Source: Alphaproteobacteria bacterium
Lineage (GTDB): Bacteria; Pseudomonadota; Alphaproteobacteria; RF32; CAG-239
Reading direction: 5' to 3'
NCBI GenBank assembly: GCA_017465945.1
Contig: JAFTVD010000008.1
Coordinates: forward strand, 91,144-155,143
Length of the DNA: 64,000 bases
Below the pieces are notes generated by a model. It saw nothing but the letters and a program-made list of their open reading frames with translations, did not search any database and was not told where the DNA came from. Made by a program: the position numbers and the translations under genes. This document shows positions 8,929-20,136 of this stretch, piece after piece; position 1 is the first letter of the stretch, and each line of letters opens with the position of its first letter.

Positions 8929-11900
8929 ATGCTTTCAAGGAAAAGTTACGTGTTTAAGTGTATGAAAATAAAAAATAAATTAAATTTGGTGGCTACTATA
9001 TTATTGGTGGGTGTTTTAGTTTGCATTGCAGAAGCCAATGCGGCAATAACCGTTGCAAGAGCCTTTTATGGTTTAGCTAGCCAAAATAATACACAAAAAA
9101 TTGAAGCTCTTATACGTAGAGGATACTCTTTAGAAAGTGTTGATGAAAGTGGATATAATCCTGTATGTATAGCCGTTGCAAGGCAAGATAGAAAAGCATA
9201 TAAAACACTAATTTCTTATGGTGCTAAAAAGCATCCAACATGTTTACAAAATGTTCCAGAAATGTCTTATAGGCGTTTTTTTGGTACAAGACCTGTAAAA
9301 GATGCTATAAAAACATACGAAGCTGACACTCCATATGTAATGGGAACCGCTCTACTTGGAGGTGGGGCGATACTTACTGCTTATGCCTTAAAAGGAAGTA
9401 CTGGAAGTGGAGGAGGAAAAGGCAGTACAGAAGATGATGAAGACAAGAAGGATGAAGAAGATAATGAAGATAATATAGAGTGTCCAGCTAATAGTACATA
9501 CAATAAAGATACAAAAAAGTGTGATTGCAATCCAGGGTATGGGCATTTTGGAGATGAAAAAAAATGCTATGCAAAAATTGATAATTGCGTAGTACAAAAT
9601 AAAGATGTATGTAAGACATGTGGTGATGAATACAGAGAAGAAAATGGTGTATGTGTGTTAGCATCTAATTGTCCTATCAATAGTACATACAATCCAAGAA
9701 CTAAAAGATGTGATTGTAATTTTGGATATGGGCATTTTGGGGATGAAGAAGTTTGCTATAAAGAGATAGTAAATTGTGATAATCAAATTAAAGATAAATG
9801 TTTAGAGTGTATACCAAATCATCATTTAAAAGATAATGTTTGTTATGGACCAATATATCAATGTAAAGAACAAGATGGAAATATTTGTTTAACCTGTAAT
9901 GAAGGATATGGGATTTTTGATGGAGATGGAACAAAGTGCTATCAAAAGATTGATAATTGTGATTCTCAAACAGAGGATAGATGTGATAATTGTAAGGCTG
10001 GTTATGGCACACATGGTGATCCTAAAAATTGTTACAAAGATGTTGAAAACTGCATAAGCTATAATCCTGCAAATAGGGAAATGTGTTCAGAGTGCAGAAC
10101 AGGGTTTGAAACATATGGAGATGGTTTATGTTATGATCCTGATTTTTGTAAGGACTACCCAAACTCTGTGCCAGCAAATGGAGTATGTGTATGTGATTTA
10201 TCAAGAGGATATACTGGTGATCCATATAGTGGTACATGTTCTCAAGCTGTAGATGGAGAATATGCAGAAGGAGATGGTAACAGAGATGAATGGAGTAACT
10301 TAAATGATATATATTGCAATTCTCATGGGCAATATCAATCACAGACAGGGCTTTGTTTATGCTATGAAGGATATGCAGGGGGCGACTGCTCGATTTGTAG
10401 TGAAGAAATAGATGCCAATGGAGATGTAAAATATATAGAATTTGGTGGCAAATGCTATAAAAATAAAAAATGCGATATAAATCAAAATTTAGTTCAAAAT
10501 TATAATGATTGTATTTGTGCAGATGGTTATGTCTCTATTGATAATGTATGTACCGAGGCTGTAGAGTGCGGTCTAGGTATGATACAAACAAAACCAGGAA
10601 GTAATCCTGATGAAGTATGTCAATGTAAAAATAATTTTATTGAAGATGGTAAGGGTGGATGTATATGTCCAACAATAGATAATGGTTACCCTAATAGCGT
10701 ATTTGAATATGATCCTGCAAATGATGAATGTATAATGGTAAGGCATGACTGTACCGAGAAAAATATAAATGGAGACAAATGGACCGGAGAAAATTGTGAT
10801 GAATGCCCATCTCAATATGCAATAACAATAGATAAAACAGGGCCAAGATGTGGAATACAATGTGCTGAAAATAGAGCTGATATAGAATTAAATCCTGAGT
10901 GTACAAATTGTGCAGACGGATATCAATACGATTCACTTGTTGGTACTTGTGTGAGATTATCATGTATGGATGGTGGTACTTTAATGGAAGGATACATTAT
11001 CGTCGATAATACATGTAAATGTGATGAAAAAAATGGGTATGCGCTAAATATATTAGGTGTATGCGAATTAAAAAAAGAACCATTAGTTGGATTAAGTGAT
11101 TCAAACATAAATAATAATATAATCACGATTGAAAATAGAGGTGAATTTAGAGACATATATGGTATGAAACCAATTGCTGATATAGATAAAGACGGTAAAG
11201 AAGTATATTATGAAGCTGTTTATAATTCGCTTAATAATGAAAAAGCAGAAATAAATATAATCAATACTAATACTGGAAATAATAGTATTTATGGTATATA
11301 CTCTCCATCTGTAATATATAACGCATCAGCAACAGGAGCAACAGGTGATGTTATTGCTAATGGCGAAATTTATATAGAAAATAAAAAATCAATAACAGAT
11401 ATATATGGTATTTTTAACAATAGTGAAGACAATATTTACAATGCTTTTTCTTATAATACAAGTAAGGTTGGATCAAATAATCAAGCAAATGGTAGCATTA
11501 TAATAACAAAAGATGATAGAAGCGGAAGCACAACTATAGGTATAGAAGGCGGTAGAAACATTTATAATTCATATGCAGGAACAAAAGATGGTATAAATGC
11601 CAATTCTGTTGCAACTGGTAATATAAATATTACCCACAATAGTGTAGGAACAATATATGGTATAAAAAGTGGCTCTAATACAAGTAAGATAACAAACGCA
11701 TTTGCTTATTTGGATTCCGCTGTTTCAGATGTTATTTCGAATGGAAGTATAATACTTACAGGAAAAAGTGGTGTATATGGTATTTACTCTAATGGTAATG
11801 TAGTAAATAGCGAAACACAATTTAACAAAAGTTATAATATCATAAACAATTTTGGCGCAACAGGTATAATTAATGTACAAGGAGCATCTAGTTCTATAGG

Positions 11901-14841
11901 TGAAGGAGTGTATGGTATATACGTATCAGGTTCTGAAAGCACAAAATCAGAAGTATTTAATGCAATGGGATACAATTCAACAGGAGATATAATTATAAAA
12001 AATACAGGAGGAGGAACGGCATATGGAATATATTCTGAAAGAGATATGTATGTAGAAACAGATGAAAATGGAAATAGAAAAGAAGATGCAGATGGTAATC
12101 CAATATATATCTATAACAATACATATAATGCATTTCGTTCTTCTAAAGCGTATGGTGGAGATAATGTTGCAGCAAAAGGTACAATAGATATTGAAATAAC
12201 AGGAGCAAGTACAGCTGAACACAATGCCATAGGAATATACGCAGCAGGTGACGTATTCAACTCATATACAGATTCTCGTTCAGATATAAAATTAGAAACA
12301 AAAGGAACAATAAGAATAAAGGATGCAAGCGATTCAGGTAATATGTTTGTAAAAGGAATAGAAGCAGGTGGTGATAAAATAGCCAATGCTTATCTAAAAG
12401 GAGAAAATTTAAATACATTAAGCCAAGCTATTGGAAGCATAACTTTAGAAAAAACAGGCATGGGAGCAGCAACAAAAATGGCAGGTATTTATCATGGAGT
12501 TGAAAATAATTCTAAAGGTCCAAATATATATAATGCTGCATTAATTAATGATAAAGGATATGCCGAAGGAAATATTGAGTTAAAAGCAGCAACAAAAGTA
12601 TATGAAATGTACGGTATATACTCAGACAGAGTTGCAGATACAGGTACAATAAAAACAATATACAATGCGTATTATGACAATAGTACAGATATAAAAGATG
12701 GAAAAGTTAGAGGAAATATAACAGTAAAATCTTTAGCAACAGGTGGAGGTCTAACAAATGTGTATGGTGTTTATGCAAGGGATGGCATTGTATATAATGC
12801 TTACACAAGTAATAAAGAAGCAGATGTTGTTGGTTCAATAAGTGTTGAAGCAATTGGTGGTATGCAAGGTGGCGAAGTTGTAGGTATATATGGAGAAGGG
12901 GCTAATTCAAAATTATACAACTCAGGATATAATTCTACAATAAATGTAAAATCAACCGGCACAGGTTTAACGGGTAAGGCTGACGCATATGGAATAAAGG
13001 GTATTAAATCTACAATAGCAAATGAAGGAAAAATAAATGTAGAAATAACAGATGTAAGAAATAAGAACAATGCAGTAGGTGTTTATGTAGAAGAAGGAGT
13101 TGCAACAAATCATAAAGATGCAATTATAACTGTTTCAGGGCATAATAATACGTATGGAATGTTTGCAAATGTTAAAGCAGGAAATTCAGATGATGCTATT
13201 ATTATAAATAATGGTACAATAAATGTTAGAGGAGAAGGAAATAATTTTGGAATTTTTGCAAATATTGAAGATGGAAGTAATGGAACCATAAATGTAGAAA
13301 ATACTGGTACAATAAATATAACCGGTAATAGTGAAAAGCAAAATGTTGGTATTTATGCCTCAGGAGAGGGTGTAACAATAAAAAATACAGGTACAATAAA
13401 TATAACTTTAGACGAGGGCACAGATACTGAAGTAACATCAAATTGCGTAGGTGGTAATTGTAACAATGGTACATCGATAGTATTAAATGGTGCAACTTTT
13501 GATACATCAGGTGTTGTTGCAAGCTCAACAACAATAGATTTAGATGCTATGAATGGTGATGTACAAATATCAAAAGGTGGTCAATTTATAACAAAAGATG
13601 ATATTAAAGGAGAATTATCAGTAGCAAATTCAACAATAAAAGATACTTTTGATACAACGATAACTCTAAAAGATGCTTTATCAGCCAATAACGTTTCTTC
13701 ATTAAATCTGTCATCTAAATCATATATGTATAATGCATCATTAAATAAAAACGAAGATGATAAGTACGATATTAATATGAAAATGAAGGATTTCAACGAG
13801 TTAACATCATCAGATAAAGCAGATTATTACAAGTTAAATTATGCAAATAAAAATAATATGGAATTATTTAACGCACTAAAGATTGCTAAAAATGCAAAAC
13901 AATTTTCTAGAACAGAAAGTGAGATTTTAGGTGAGTATGTATTAGGTAATGTTACAGAAGAAGAATTAAGAGTTGCAAGAAGTCTTGATAGAACTATGAT
14001 GTCAGAACTATTTAAACAAGGTGATGATATTAGAAAATTTGTAGGCGGTGACACCGTATTTATAGGTCGAGATGACACAAATACATTAACAGGATATGAG
14101 CTAGATTCTAAAACAATGTATGCTCTATATGATAAGAAGCTTGATAATAAATATCGTCTAGGACTAGGATTAAGCTTTACTCATACCAATACAGATTATA
14201 ACAATGACTCTAGCCGTAAAAATTTCATTGTACAAGGTTATGTTCCGTTAACATATAAAATATCAAATGCTTTAACAGCTGTAACTATGGCTCGTATTGG
14301 ATATGAAGACGGCGAGTACACAAGATATGGCTATGGTAATAAAGTAAATAAAGCAGATACTTCTGGTATTACATATGGTTTATTAAATGAATTAAGATAC
14401 ACCACAAAAGTTGCAGGATTTGATATAACACCATTTATCGGGCTAAATATGATAGGTTGGTATCAAGATTCTATAAAAGAAGATGGAAGAGATATGGCTT
14501 TATCATTAGCTTCATCTCATGTATTTTCACTTGAAAGTGCTTTAGGATTATATTTAGATAAAGAAATAAGCTTAAGTGAAAAATCAAAGCTAACGACATC
14601 ACTTGGTATTGGATATTATCATGAATTTGCAAATCCATATAGTGGGACAAAATCAAAAATGATTGGCGATATGGGGTATTATAAGATAAAAAATAATGTG
14701 GCAGATTCGCGTGATCGTGGTGTAATATCAGCAAAAGTTAACTACGATTATAAAGATTTCAGTATATATGGAATGTTATTGCAATACTTAGAAGATGAAT
14801 ATCCGCTTAATGTAGATCTAGGTTTACGCTATAAATTTTAA
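8929..14841 (+). CDS. giant autotransporter-type surface protein: signal peptide, ankyrin-like segment, acidic linker, EGF-like Cys-rich array, repetitive passenger, C-terminal beta-barrel
   Basis: 1970 aa. The C-terminus (...NVDLGLRYKF) and the preceding ~280 aa have alternating beta-strand character typical of autotransporter barrels. The passenger has about 19 (Y/I/F)G(I/V/M)(Y/F) and about 13 (I/V)YN(A/S) motifs. The start may be the ATG at 8962. Confidence 0.8.
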   Translation: MLSRKSYVFKCMKIKNKLNLVATILLVGVLVCIAEANAAITVARAFYGLASQNNTQKIEALIRRGYSLESVDESGYNPVCIAVARQDRKAYKTLISYGAKKHPTCLQNVPEMSYRRFFGTRPVKDAIKTYEADTPYVMGTALLGGGAILTAYALKGSTGSGGGKGSTEDDEDKKDEEDNEDNIECPANSTYNKDTKKCDCNPGYGHFGDEKKCYAKIDNCVVQNKDVCKTCGDEYREENGVCVLASNCPINSTYNPRTKRCDCNFGYGHFGDEEVCYKEIVNCDNQIKDKCLECIPNHHLKDNVCYGPIYQCKEQDGNICLTCNEGYGIFDGDGTKCYQKIDNCDSQTEDRCDNCKAGYGTHGDPKNCYKDVENCISYNPANREMCSECRTGFETYGDGLCYDPDFCKDYPNSVPANGVCVCDLSRGYTGDPYSGTCSQAVDGEYAEGDGNRDEWSNLNDIYCNSHGQYQSQTGLCLCYEGYAGGDCSICSEEIDANGDVKYIEFGGKCYKNKKCDINQNLVQNYNDCICADGYVSIDNVCTEAVECGLGMIQTKPGSNPDEVCQCKNNFIEDGKGGCICPTIDNGYPNSVFEYDPANDECIMVRHDCTEKNINGDKWTGENCDECPSQYAITIDKTGPRCGIQCAENRADIELNPECTNCADGYQYDSLVGTCVRLSCMDGGTLMEGYIIVDNTCKCDEKNGYALNILGVCELKKEPLVGLSDSNINNNIITIENRGEFRDIYGMKPIADIDKDGKEVYYEAVYNSLNNEKAEINIINTNTGNNSIYGIYSPSVIYNASATGATGDVIANGEIYIENKKSITDIYGIFNNSEDNIYNAFSYNTSKVGSNNQANGSIIITKDDRSGSTTIGIEGGRNIYNSYAGTKDGINANSVATGNINITHNSVGTIYGIKSGSNTSKITNAFAYLDSAVSDVISNGSIILTGKSGVYGIYSNGNVVNSETQFNKSYNIINNFGATGIINVQGASSSIGEGVYGIYVSGSESTKSEVFNAMGYNSTGDIIIKNTGGGTAYGIYSERDMYVETDENGNRKEDADGNPIYIYNNTYNAFRSSKAYGGDNVAAKGTIDIEITGASTAEHNAIGIYAAGDVFNSYTDSRSDIKLETKGTIRIKDASDSGNMFVKGIEAGGDKIANAYLKGENLNTLSQAIGSITLEKTGMGAATKMAGIYHGVENNSKGPNIYNAALINDKGYAEGNIELKAATKVYEMYGIYSDRVADTGTIKTIYNAYYDNSTDIKDGKVRGNITVKSLATGGGLTNVYGVYARDGIVYNAYTSNKEADVVGSISVEAIGGMQGGEVVGIYGEGANSKLYNSGYNSTINVKSTGTGLTGKADAYGIKGIKSTIANEGKINVEITDVRNKNNAVGVYVEEGVATNHKDAIITVSGHNNTYGMFANVKAGNSDDAIIINNGTINVRGEGNNFGIFANIEDGSNGTINVENTGTINITGNSEKQNVGIYASGEGVTIKNTGTINITLDEGTDTEVTSNCVGGNCNNGTSIVLNGATFDTSGVVASSTTIDLDAMNGDVQISKGGQFITKDDIKGELSVANSTIKDTFDTTITLKDALSANNVSSLNLSSKSYMYNASLNKNEDDKYDINMKMKDFNELTSSDKADYYKLNYANKNNMELFNALKIAKNAKQFSRTESEILGEYVLGNVTEEELRVARSLDRTMMSELFKQGDDIRKFVGGDTVFIGRDDTNTLTGYELDSKTMYALYDKKLDNKYRLGLGLSFTHTNTDYNNDSSRKNFIVQGYVPLTYKISNALTAVTMARIGYEDGEYTRYGYGNKVNKADTSGITYGLLNELRYTTKVAGFDITPFIGLNMIGWYQDSIKEDGRDMALSLASSHVFSLESALGLYLDKEISLSEKSKLTTSLGIGYYHEFANPYSGTKSKMIGDMGYYKIKNNVADSRDRGVISAKVNYDYKDFSIYGMLLQYLEDEYPLNVDLGLRYKF
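9481..9800 (+). repeat. intragenic duplication (189-nt period) encoding Cys-rich modules
   Basis: CPANSTYNKDTKKCDCNPGYGHFGDEKKCYAKIDNC (from 9481) matches CPINSTYNPRTKRCDCNFGYGHFGDEEVCYKEIVNC (from 9670). The DNA identity is visible (aatagtacatacaat, tatgggcattttgg). Confidence 0.8.
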
Positions 14842-14949
14842 GTAAAATAAGTAGTTAATTAAAAAATATTATAAATAAGTGTAAAAAAAGCTTTATTTTT
14901 AAAAAATATATGTTATAAAACAACCATAACCTTTCATAAAAACTTGAAA

Positions 14950-14974
14950 GTGGGGTCAAAAGCCCCGCTTTTTT
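14950..14974 (+). terminator. intrinsic terminator downstream of the autotransporter gene
   Basis: Hairpin GTGGGG-tcaaaag-CCCCGC is followed by TTTTTT. Confidence 0.65.
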
Positions 14975-14997
14975 GTTACCAAAATTAGGAGAGTTTT

Positions 14998-15501
14998 ATG
15001 CAAAAGCACTATTTATCAGAAGTAATTGAACCAGTAGTTAACGAGCTGGGGTTCGATGTAATTCGTATATTAACTATTGGAGAAACAAATCCAACATTAC
15101 AAATTATGATAGAGCACATTGATTATACAAAGGAAATTACTGTTGATGATTGTACTACAGTAAGTAAAGCTTTGTCAGTTGCTTTAGATGAAAAAGACCC
15201 AATAGAAAATAAATACACATTAGAAGTTAGCTCCCCTGGTATTGATAGACCTTTAACAAAAATAGAGCATTTTAAACGTTATTTAGGTTATTTAGTAAAG
15301 GTTGAAACGATTGACGCTGTAGAAAAACGTAAACGTTTTAAAGGAACTATAGAGAGCATTTCAGATAATGCCGATATTGTTATAAAAATGGAGGATACAG
15401 AATATCTAATCGCTTTTGAAAATATATCAAAAGCAAAAATTATTTTAACAGATGAGTTGTGGGAACAATACTTAAAATCTCACAAAAATACACAAAACTA
15501 A
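14998..15501 (+). CDS. rimP: ribosome maturation factor RimP
   Basis: 167 aa with LEVSSPGIDRPL. It holds the conserved position immediately upstream of nusA. Confidence 0.85.
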   Translation: MQKHYLSEVIEPVVNELGFDVIRILTIGETNPTLQIMIEHIDYTKEITVDDCTTVSKALSVALDEKDPIENKYTLEVSSPGIDRPLTKIEHFKRYLGYLVKVETIDAVEKRKRFKGTIESISDNADIVIKMEDTEYLIAFENISKAKIILTDELWEQYLKSHKNTQN

Positions 15502-15528
15502 CTTTAACTTTAAACAAAAGAGGAAGTA

Positions 15529-17046
15529 ATGGAAAATATTGTAAATATGCCAAGACCTGAAATTCTTATGGTAGCAGATGCTGTTGCTAGAGAAAAAAAT
15601 ATTGACCGTGAAGATGTTTTTGATGCTATGGAACAAGCTATTCAAAAAGCAGGCCGTTCAAAATATGGTTTTGAACATGATATCCGCGTAAATATTAATC
15701 GTAAAACAGGAGCAATAACACTTGCTCGTTATCGTGCAGTTGTAGATGTTATTGAAAATGAAACCACAGAGTTAACTCTTAAAGAAGCTCAAAGAATTAA
15801 TCCTGATATTAAAGTTGGTGAATATATCATCGATCAGCTTCCTCCTATTGACTTTGGACGTATTGCAGCTCAAACAGCTAAACAAGTAATCACTCAAAAA
15901 GTTCGTGATGCAGAACGTAACAGACAATATGAAGAATATAAAGAAAAAATTGGTACAATTATTAATGGTACTGTAAAAAGAATTGAATTTGGTAATGTTA
16001 TTATTGATATGGGTAAAACAGAAGCAATTCTTCGTCGTGATGAAATAATTCCAAGAGAAAACTTCAAAAATGGCGATAGAGTTCGTGCTTATGTTTTAGA
16101 TGTAAGACGTGAAACACGTGGACCACAAATTTTCTTATCTCGTACATGTCCAGAATTTATGGCAAAATTATTTACATCTGAAGTTCCTGAAATTTACGAT
16201 GGTATTGTGGAAATCATGGGCGTTTCTCGTGATCCAGGTTCAAAAGCAAAAATTGCAGTTCGAGCAAGAGATACATCTATAGATCCTGTTGGTGCATGCG
16301 TTGGATTGCGTGGTATTCGTGTTCAAGCTGTTGTTACAGAATTACAAGGTGAAAAAATTGATATCGTACCTTATTCAGCAGACCGTGCTCAATACATTGT
16401 AAGCGCTTTAGCTCCAGCTGAAGTTAGCAAAGTGGTTATAGATGAAGAGAGTAATCGTATCGAAGTTGTTGTAACAGAAGAACAATATTCATTAGCTATT
16501 GGTCGTAGAGGACAAAATGTTAAATTAGCATCTCAGTTAGTTAATGCCGATATTGATATTTTAACAGAAGAGCAAGAGCGTGAAAGGCGTGCAACAGAAA
16601 ATAGAATTCGCTCAGAACGTTTTGTATCTGCTCTTGACGTTGATGAAATGATTGCCCATGTACTTATTTCTGAAGGTTTCTCAACAGTTGATGAAATTGC
16701 ATTGGTAGCAGTTGATGAACTTTCATCAATTGAAGGTTTTGATGAAGATTTAGCTCAAGAATTACAAAACAGAGCAAAAGCTTTTGTTGAAAAACGTAAT
16801 GCAGAATTTGTTGAAAAAACAAAAACATTAGGTGTTGATGATAGCCTAAAAACCATCTCTGGATTAGACCAAGATATGATTTTAAGCCTAGCGGAGCATG
16901 ATGTGAAAAACCTAGATGATTTAGCAGATCTTGCATCTGATGAATTAATGGAAATACTAGGCGAAGGTATTATCACAGAAGCAGAAGCTAATCGCATCAT
17001 TATGTCAGCTCGTGAACATTGGTTTACAGAAGACGAAAATAACTAA
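15529..17046 (+). CDS. nusA: transcription termination/antitermination factor NusA
   Basis: 505 aa with an S1 domain (GTVKRIEFGNVIIDMG), KH domains (AIGRRGQNVKLASQL) and a C-terminal acidic repeat region. Confidence 0.92.
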   Translation: MENIVNMPRPEILMVADAVAREKNIDREDVFDAMEQAIQKAGRSKYGFEHDIRVNINRKTGAITLARYRAVVDVIENETTELTLKEAQRINPDIKVGEYIIDQLPPIDFGRIAAQTAKQVITQKVRDAERNRQYEEYKEKIGTIINGTVKRIEFGNVIIDMGKTEAILRRDEIIPRENFKNGDRVRAYVLDVRRETRGPQIFLSRTCPEFMAKLFTSEVPEIYDGIVEIMGVSRDPGSKAKIAVRARDTSIDPVGACVGLRGIRVQAVVTELQGEKIDIVPYSADRAQYIVSALAPAEVSKVVIDEESNRIEVVVTEEQYSLAIGRRGQNVKLASQLVNADIDILTEEQERERRATENRIRSERFVSALDVDEMIAHVLISEGFSTVDEIALVAVDELSSIEGFDEDLAQELQNRAKAFVEKRNAEFVEKTKTLGVDDSLKTISGLDQDMILSLAEHDVKNLDDLADLASDELMEILGEGIITEAEANRIIMSAREHWFTEDENN

Positions 17047-17058
17047 TACGGAGCATCT

Positions 17059-17625
17059 ATGAATAGAGGATCGGTTGAACGTAAATGTATTTTAGAAGGT
17101 ATTATAAAACCTTTAGATGAATTGTTACGTTTTGTAATGATAGATAACACATTACTGCCTGATTTTAATAAGAAATTACCAGGCAAAGGTATCTATGTTA
17201 CAAACAACCGATCTTCTTTAGAAAAAGCTCTCGAGAAAAAACTATTTAACAAGGTTACAAGGCATAATCTAAAAATTGATGATAATTTCATTGATATAGT
17301 GGAAAAACTAATAAAATCTAGAGCGCTAAATAGTATAAATATCGCAAGAAAAGCGGGAATACTAGTTGCAGGATTTGAAAAAGTAAAAGAGGAAATCAAA
17401 AAAAATAAAGTAGAATTCATAATAGAAGCATCTAATGCAGGTAAAGATGGTAAAGAAAAAATTGCATTTCTTGCTAAAAGTATTGAAATATTTAATTTAT
17501 TTAGTATAGATGAATTAGATATGACACTAAGTAAAGAAAATACGGTTCATATCGCAATATTAAAAAGTGATGTAACTAGTATGGTTTATAATAATCTAAA
17601 AAAGTATCAAAACTTTTTATCGTAA
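17059..17625 (+). CDS. YlxR/DUF448 plus L7Ae-like RNA-binding protein
   Basis: RKCILEGIIKPLDELLRFV matches the DUF448 motif. ARKAGILVAGFEKV...FIIEASNAG is L7Ae-like. The nusA-infB intergenic position is typical of alphaproteobacteria. Confidence 0.75.
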   Translation: MNRGSVERKCILEGIIKPLDELLRFVMIDNTLLPDFNKKLPGKGIYVTNNRSSLEKALEKKLFNKVTRHNLKIDDNFIDIVEKLIKSRALNSINIARKAGILVAGFEKVKEEIKKNKVEFIIEASNAGKDGKEKIAFLAKSIEIFNLFSIDELDMTLSKENTVHIAILKSDVTSMVYNNLKKYQNFLS

Positions 17626-17642
17626 AATGGAGATAGTATTCA

Positions 17643-20123
17643 ATGACAGAAGATAATGGCAAAAAACTAACATTATCAGGAAAATCAACCCTAACCTTAA
17701 AGAAAACTAACTTGGGGGCAAAGCAAGATGGCAAAAAGATGGTTCAAGTTGAGGTTAGAAAGAAAAGATTTGTGCCTCAAACTGTTGAAGCCAATAAACC
17801 TGTTGAAATTGATCAAGCAACAGCACAAAAGTTAGAGTTGTTGGCTAAAGCAAAAGAGCACGATGCTAAAAAAAGACAACAAGAAGAAGAAAAAGCATTG
17901 TTGCGTCAAAAACAAAAAGAAGAAGAGGAAGCAAAAAGAAAAGCTGAAGAAGAAAAACAAGAAAAAATAAAATCTCAAGAAGCAAAAAAAGAAAACAATG
18001 AGAAAAAGGAATTAGTTGTAGAACCTGTTATTGAGAATGATAACAGAAATCATAATCAAAAATACAAATCAAATAAAGATGATTATGATGATGAAGATGA
18101 AGAATTTTATTCTAAAAAAGCCAAAAAGAATGTTGGTTCAGAAAGTTCTAAACCTTTAACTCGTGAAGAAACATTTGAGCAAGAACGCAAAAAAATTCAA
18201 AAAAGAAGTTTTGAAACTCCAAAGCGTAATGCAAAAATAAATGTTAATTCATATATGTTTGGAGATGAAGATGAGGATGATGACTATGGATACGGTGCAC
18301 CTCGTCGTCGCTTTAAGAAAAAAGCTCCTAAACCTCAGGTTCAACAAGCTGCTCCTCAGGAAAAAATTATTAAAGAAGTAATTATTCCTGAAATTATTAC
18401 TGTGCAAGATTTGGCAAACCGTATGGCAGAAAAGAGTTCTGAAGTTATAAAGAAATTAATGTCATTAGGTGTTATGGCAACAATTAACCAATCTATAGAT
18501 GCAGATACTGCACAAATTATTGTTGAAGAAATGGGGCATAAATATAAACGAGTAGCAGAAAGTGATGTTGAAGAAGGATTAACAGGACCTAATGATACTG
18601 ATGCAGATTTGTTACCAAGAGCACCTGTTGTAACCGTTATGGGACACGTTGACCATGGTAAAACTTCTCTTCTTGATGCGCTACGTGAAACAAATGTTGT
18701 ATCTCGTGAAGCAGGTGGTATTACTCAACATATCGGTGCATACCAAATTACATTACAAGATGGTCAAAAGATTACATTTATTGATACTCCAGGTCACGAA
18801 GCATTCTCTGAGATGCGTGCTCGTGGTGCCAAAGTAACAGATATTGTTGTGCTTGTTGTAGCAGCAAATGATGGTATTAAACCCCAAACAATTGAAGCTA
18901 TTCGCCATGCCCAAGCAGCAAATGTGCCAATAGTTGTAGCTATTAACAAAATAGACCTTCCAGCAGCAGATCCAATGAAAGTAAAAACTGAATTATTGCA
19001 ACACGGTATTGCTGTTGAAGAAATGGGTGGTGAATGCCTATGTGCAGAAGTTTCTGCTAAAAAACGCATGAATATTGACAAACTTGTTGAAGCAATTTTA
19101 TTACAAGCAGAAATTTTAGACCTAAAAGCAAATCCAAATCGTTCATCAGATGGTGTTGTAATTGAAGCTAAAATGGAAAAAGGACGTGGAAATGTTGCAA
19201 CAGTTTTAGTACAAAGAGGTACACTTCGTGTTGGAGAGATTATTATCGCAGGTAAAGAGTGGGGACACGTTCGTGCGATGTTCAATGAACATGGTAAAAA
19301 AGTATTTGAAGCAGGTCCAGCAACTCCTGTTGAAGTTCTAGGTCTTCAAGGAACTCCATCTGCAGGTGATGATTTTATTATCGTAAAAGATGAGAATCAA
19401 GCTCGAGAGGTTACAAATTATCGTATACGTAAAGAACGTGAAGCGAAACTTGTAAAGAGCGCAAAATCTGCTATGGAACAAATGCTTGATAAGATTAAAT
19501 CAGGTGAATCTAAACATTTAGCAGTAATTATTAAAGCCGATGTTCAAGGTTCAATAGAAGCAATAGAAGGAACTATTACAAAATTATCTAATCAAGAGGT
19601 ATCTGTTCAAGTTTTACACTCTGCAGTTGGACCAATTTCTGAATCTGATGTAACATTAGCAAAAGCATCAAATGCATTTATTATTGGATTTAACGTTCGT
19701 GCAATTCCACAAGCAAGAGATATGGCTCGTCGTGATGGTATTGATATTCGTTATTATTCAATCATTTATGATGTGGCAGATGATGTGAAGAAAGGTTTAG
19801 AGGGATTGTTATCACCTGAACTTCGTGAAAAATTCTTAGGATATGCAGAAATTCGCAATGTATTCAATATCACAGGAGTTGGACGTGTTGGTGGTTGTAT
19901 GATAACAGAAGGTATGGTTAAACGTGGCGCTAAAGTTCGCTTGTTAAGAGATAACGTTGTTATACATGATGGTAGCCTAGCCCAATTAAAACGTTTTAAA
20001 GAAGATGTTAAAGAAGTTAAAGAAGGATATGAATGTGGAATGAGCTTTGAAAACTACAATGATATCCAAGTTGGCGATTATATTGAATGTTATGAAATAG
20101 AAACAATTGCCGCTAAACTGTAA
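17643..20123 (+). CDS. infB: translation initiation factor IF-2
   Basis: 826 aa. G-domain motifs are [20 protein letters not shown] and NKID. The N-terminal region is Lys/Glu-rich. Confidence 0.95.
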   Translation: MTEDNGKKLTLSGKSTLTLKKTNLGAKQDGKKMVQVEVRKKRFVPQTVEANKPVEIDQATAQKLELLAKAKEHDAKKRQQEEEKALLRQKQKEEEEAKRKAEEEKQEKIKSQEAKKENNEKKELVVEPVIENDNRNHNQKYKSNKDDYDDEDEEFYSKKAKKNVGSESSKPLTREETFEQERKKIQKRSFETPKRNAKINVNSYMFGDEDEDDDYGYGAPRRRFKKKAPKPQVQQAAPQEKIIKEVIIPEIITVQDLANRMAEKSSEVIKKLMSLGVMATINQSIDADTAQIIVEEMGHKYKRVAESDVEEGLTGPNDTDADLLPRAPVVTVMGHVDHGKTSLLDALRETNVVSREAGGITQHIGAYQITLQDGQKITFIDTPGHEAFSEMRARGAKVTDIVVLVVAANDGIKPQTIEAIRHAQAANVPIVVAINKIDLPAADPMKVKTELLQHGIAVEEMGGECLCAEVSAKKRMNIDKLVEAILLQAEILDLKANPNRSSDGVVIEAKMEKGRGNVATVLVQRGTLRVGEIIIAGKEWGHVRAMFNEHGKKVFEAGPATPVEVLGLQGTPSAGDDFIIVKDENQAREVTNYRIRKEREAKLVKSAKSAMEQMLDKIKSGESKHLAVIIKADVQGSIEAIEGTITKLSNQEVSVQVLHSAVGPISESDVTLAKASNAFIIGFNVRAIPQARDMARRDGIDIRYYSIIYDVADDVKKGLEGLLSPELREKFLGYAEIRNVFNITGVGRVGGCMITEGMVKRGAKVRLLRDNVVIHDGSLAQLKRFKEDVKEVKEGYECGMSFENYNDIQVGDYIECYEIETIAAKL

Positions 20124-20136
20124 AGGAGAGTAATTG

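Noticed and set aside
9388-14734. Many 60-106-aa ORFs antisense to, or out of frame with, the autotransporter gene
   Set aside because: They have repetitive His/Leu/Tyr-rich translations generated by the repetitive coding strand. None has start context or independent support.
18794-19285. 163-aa ORF antisense to infB
   Set aside because: It is embedded in the conserved IF-2 G domain on the opposite strand and is an antisense artefact.
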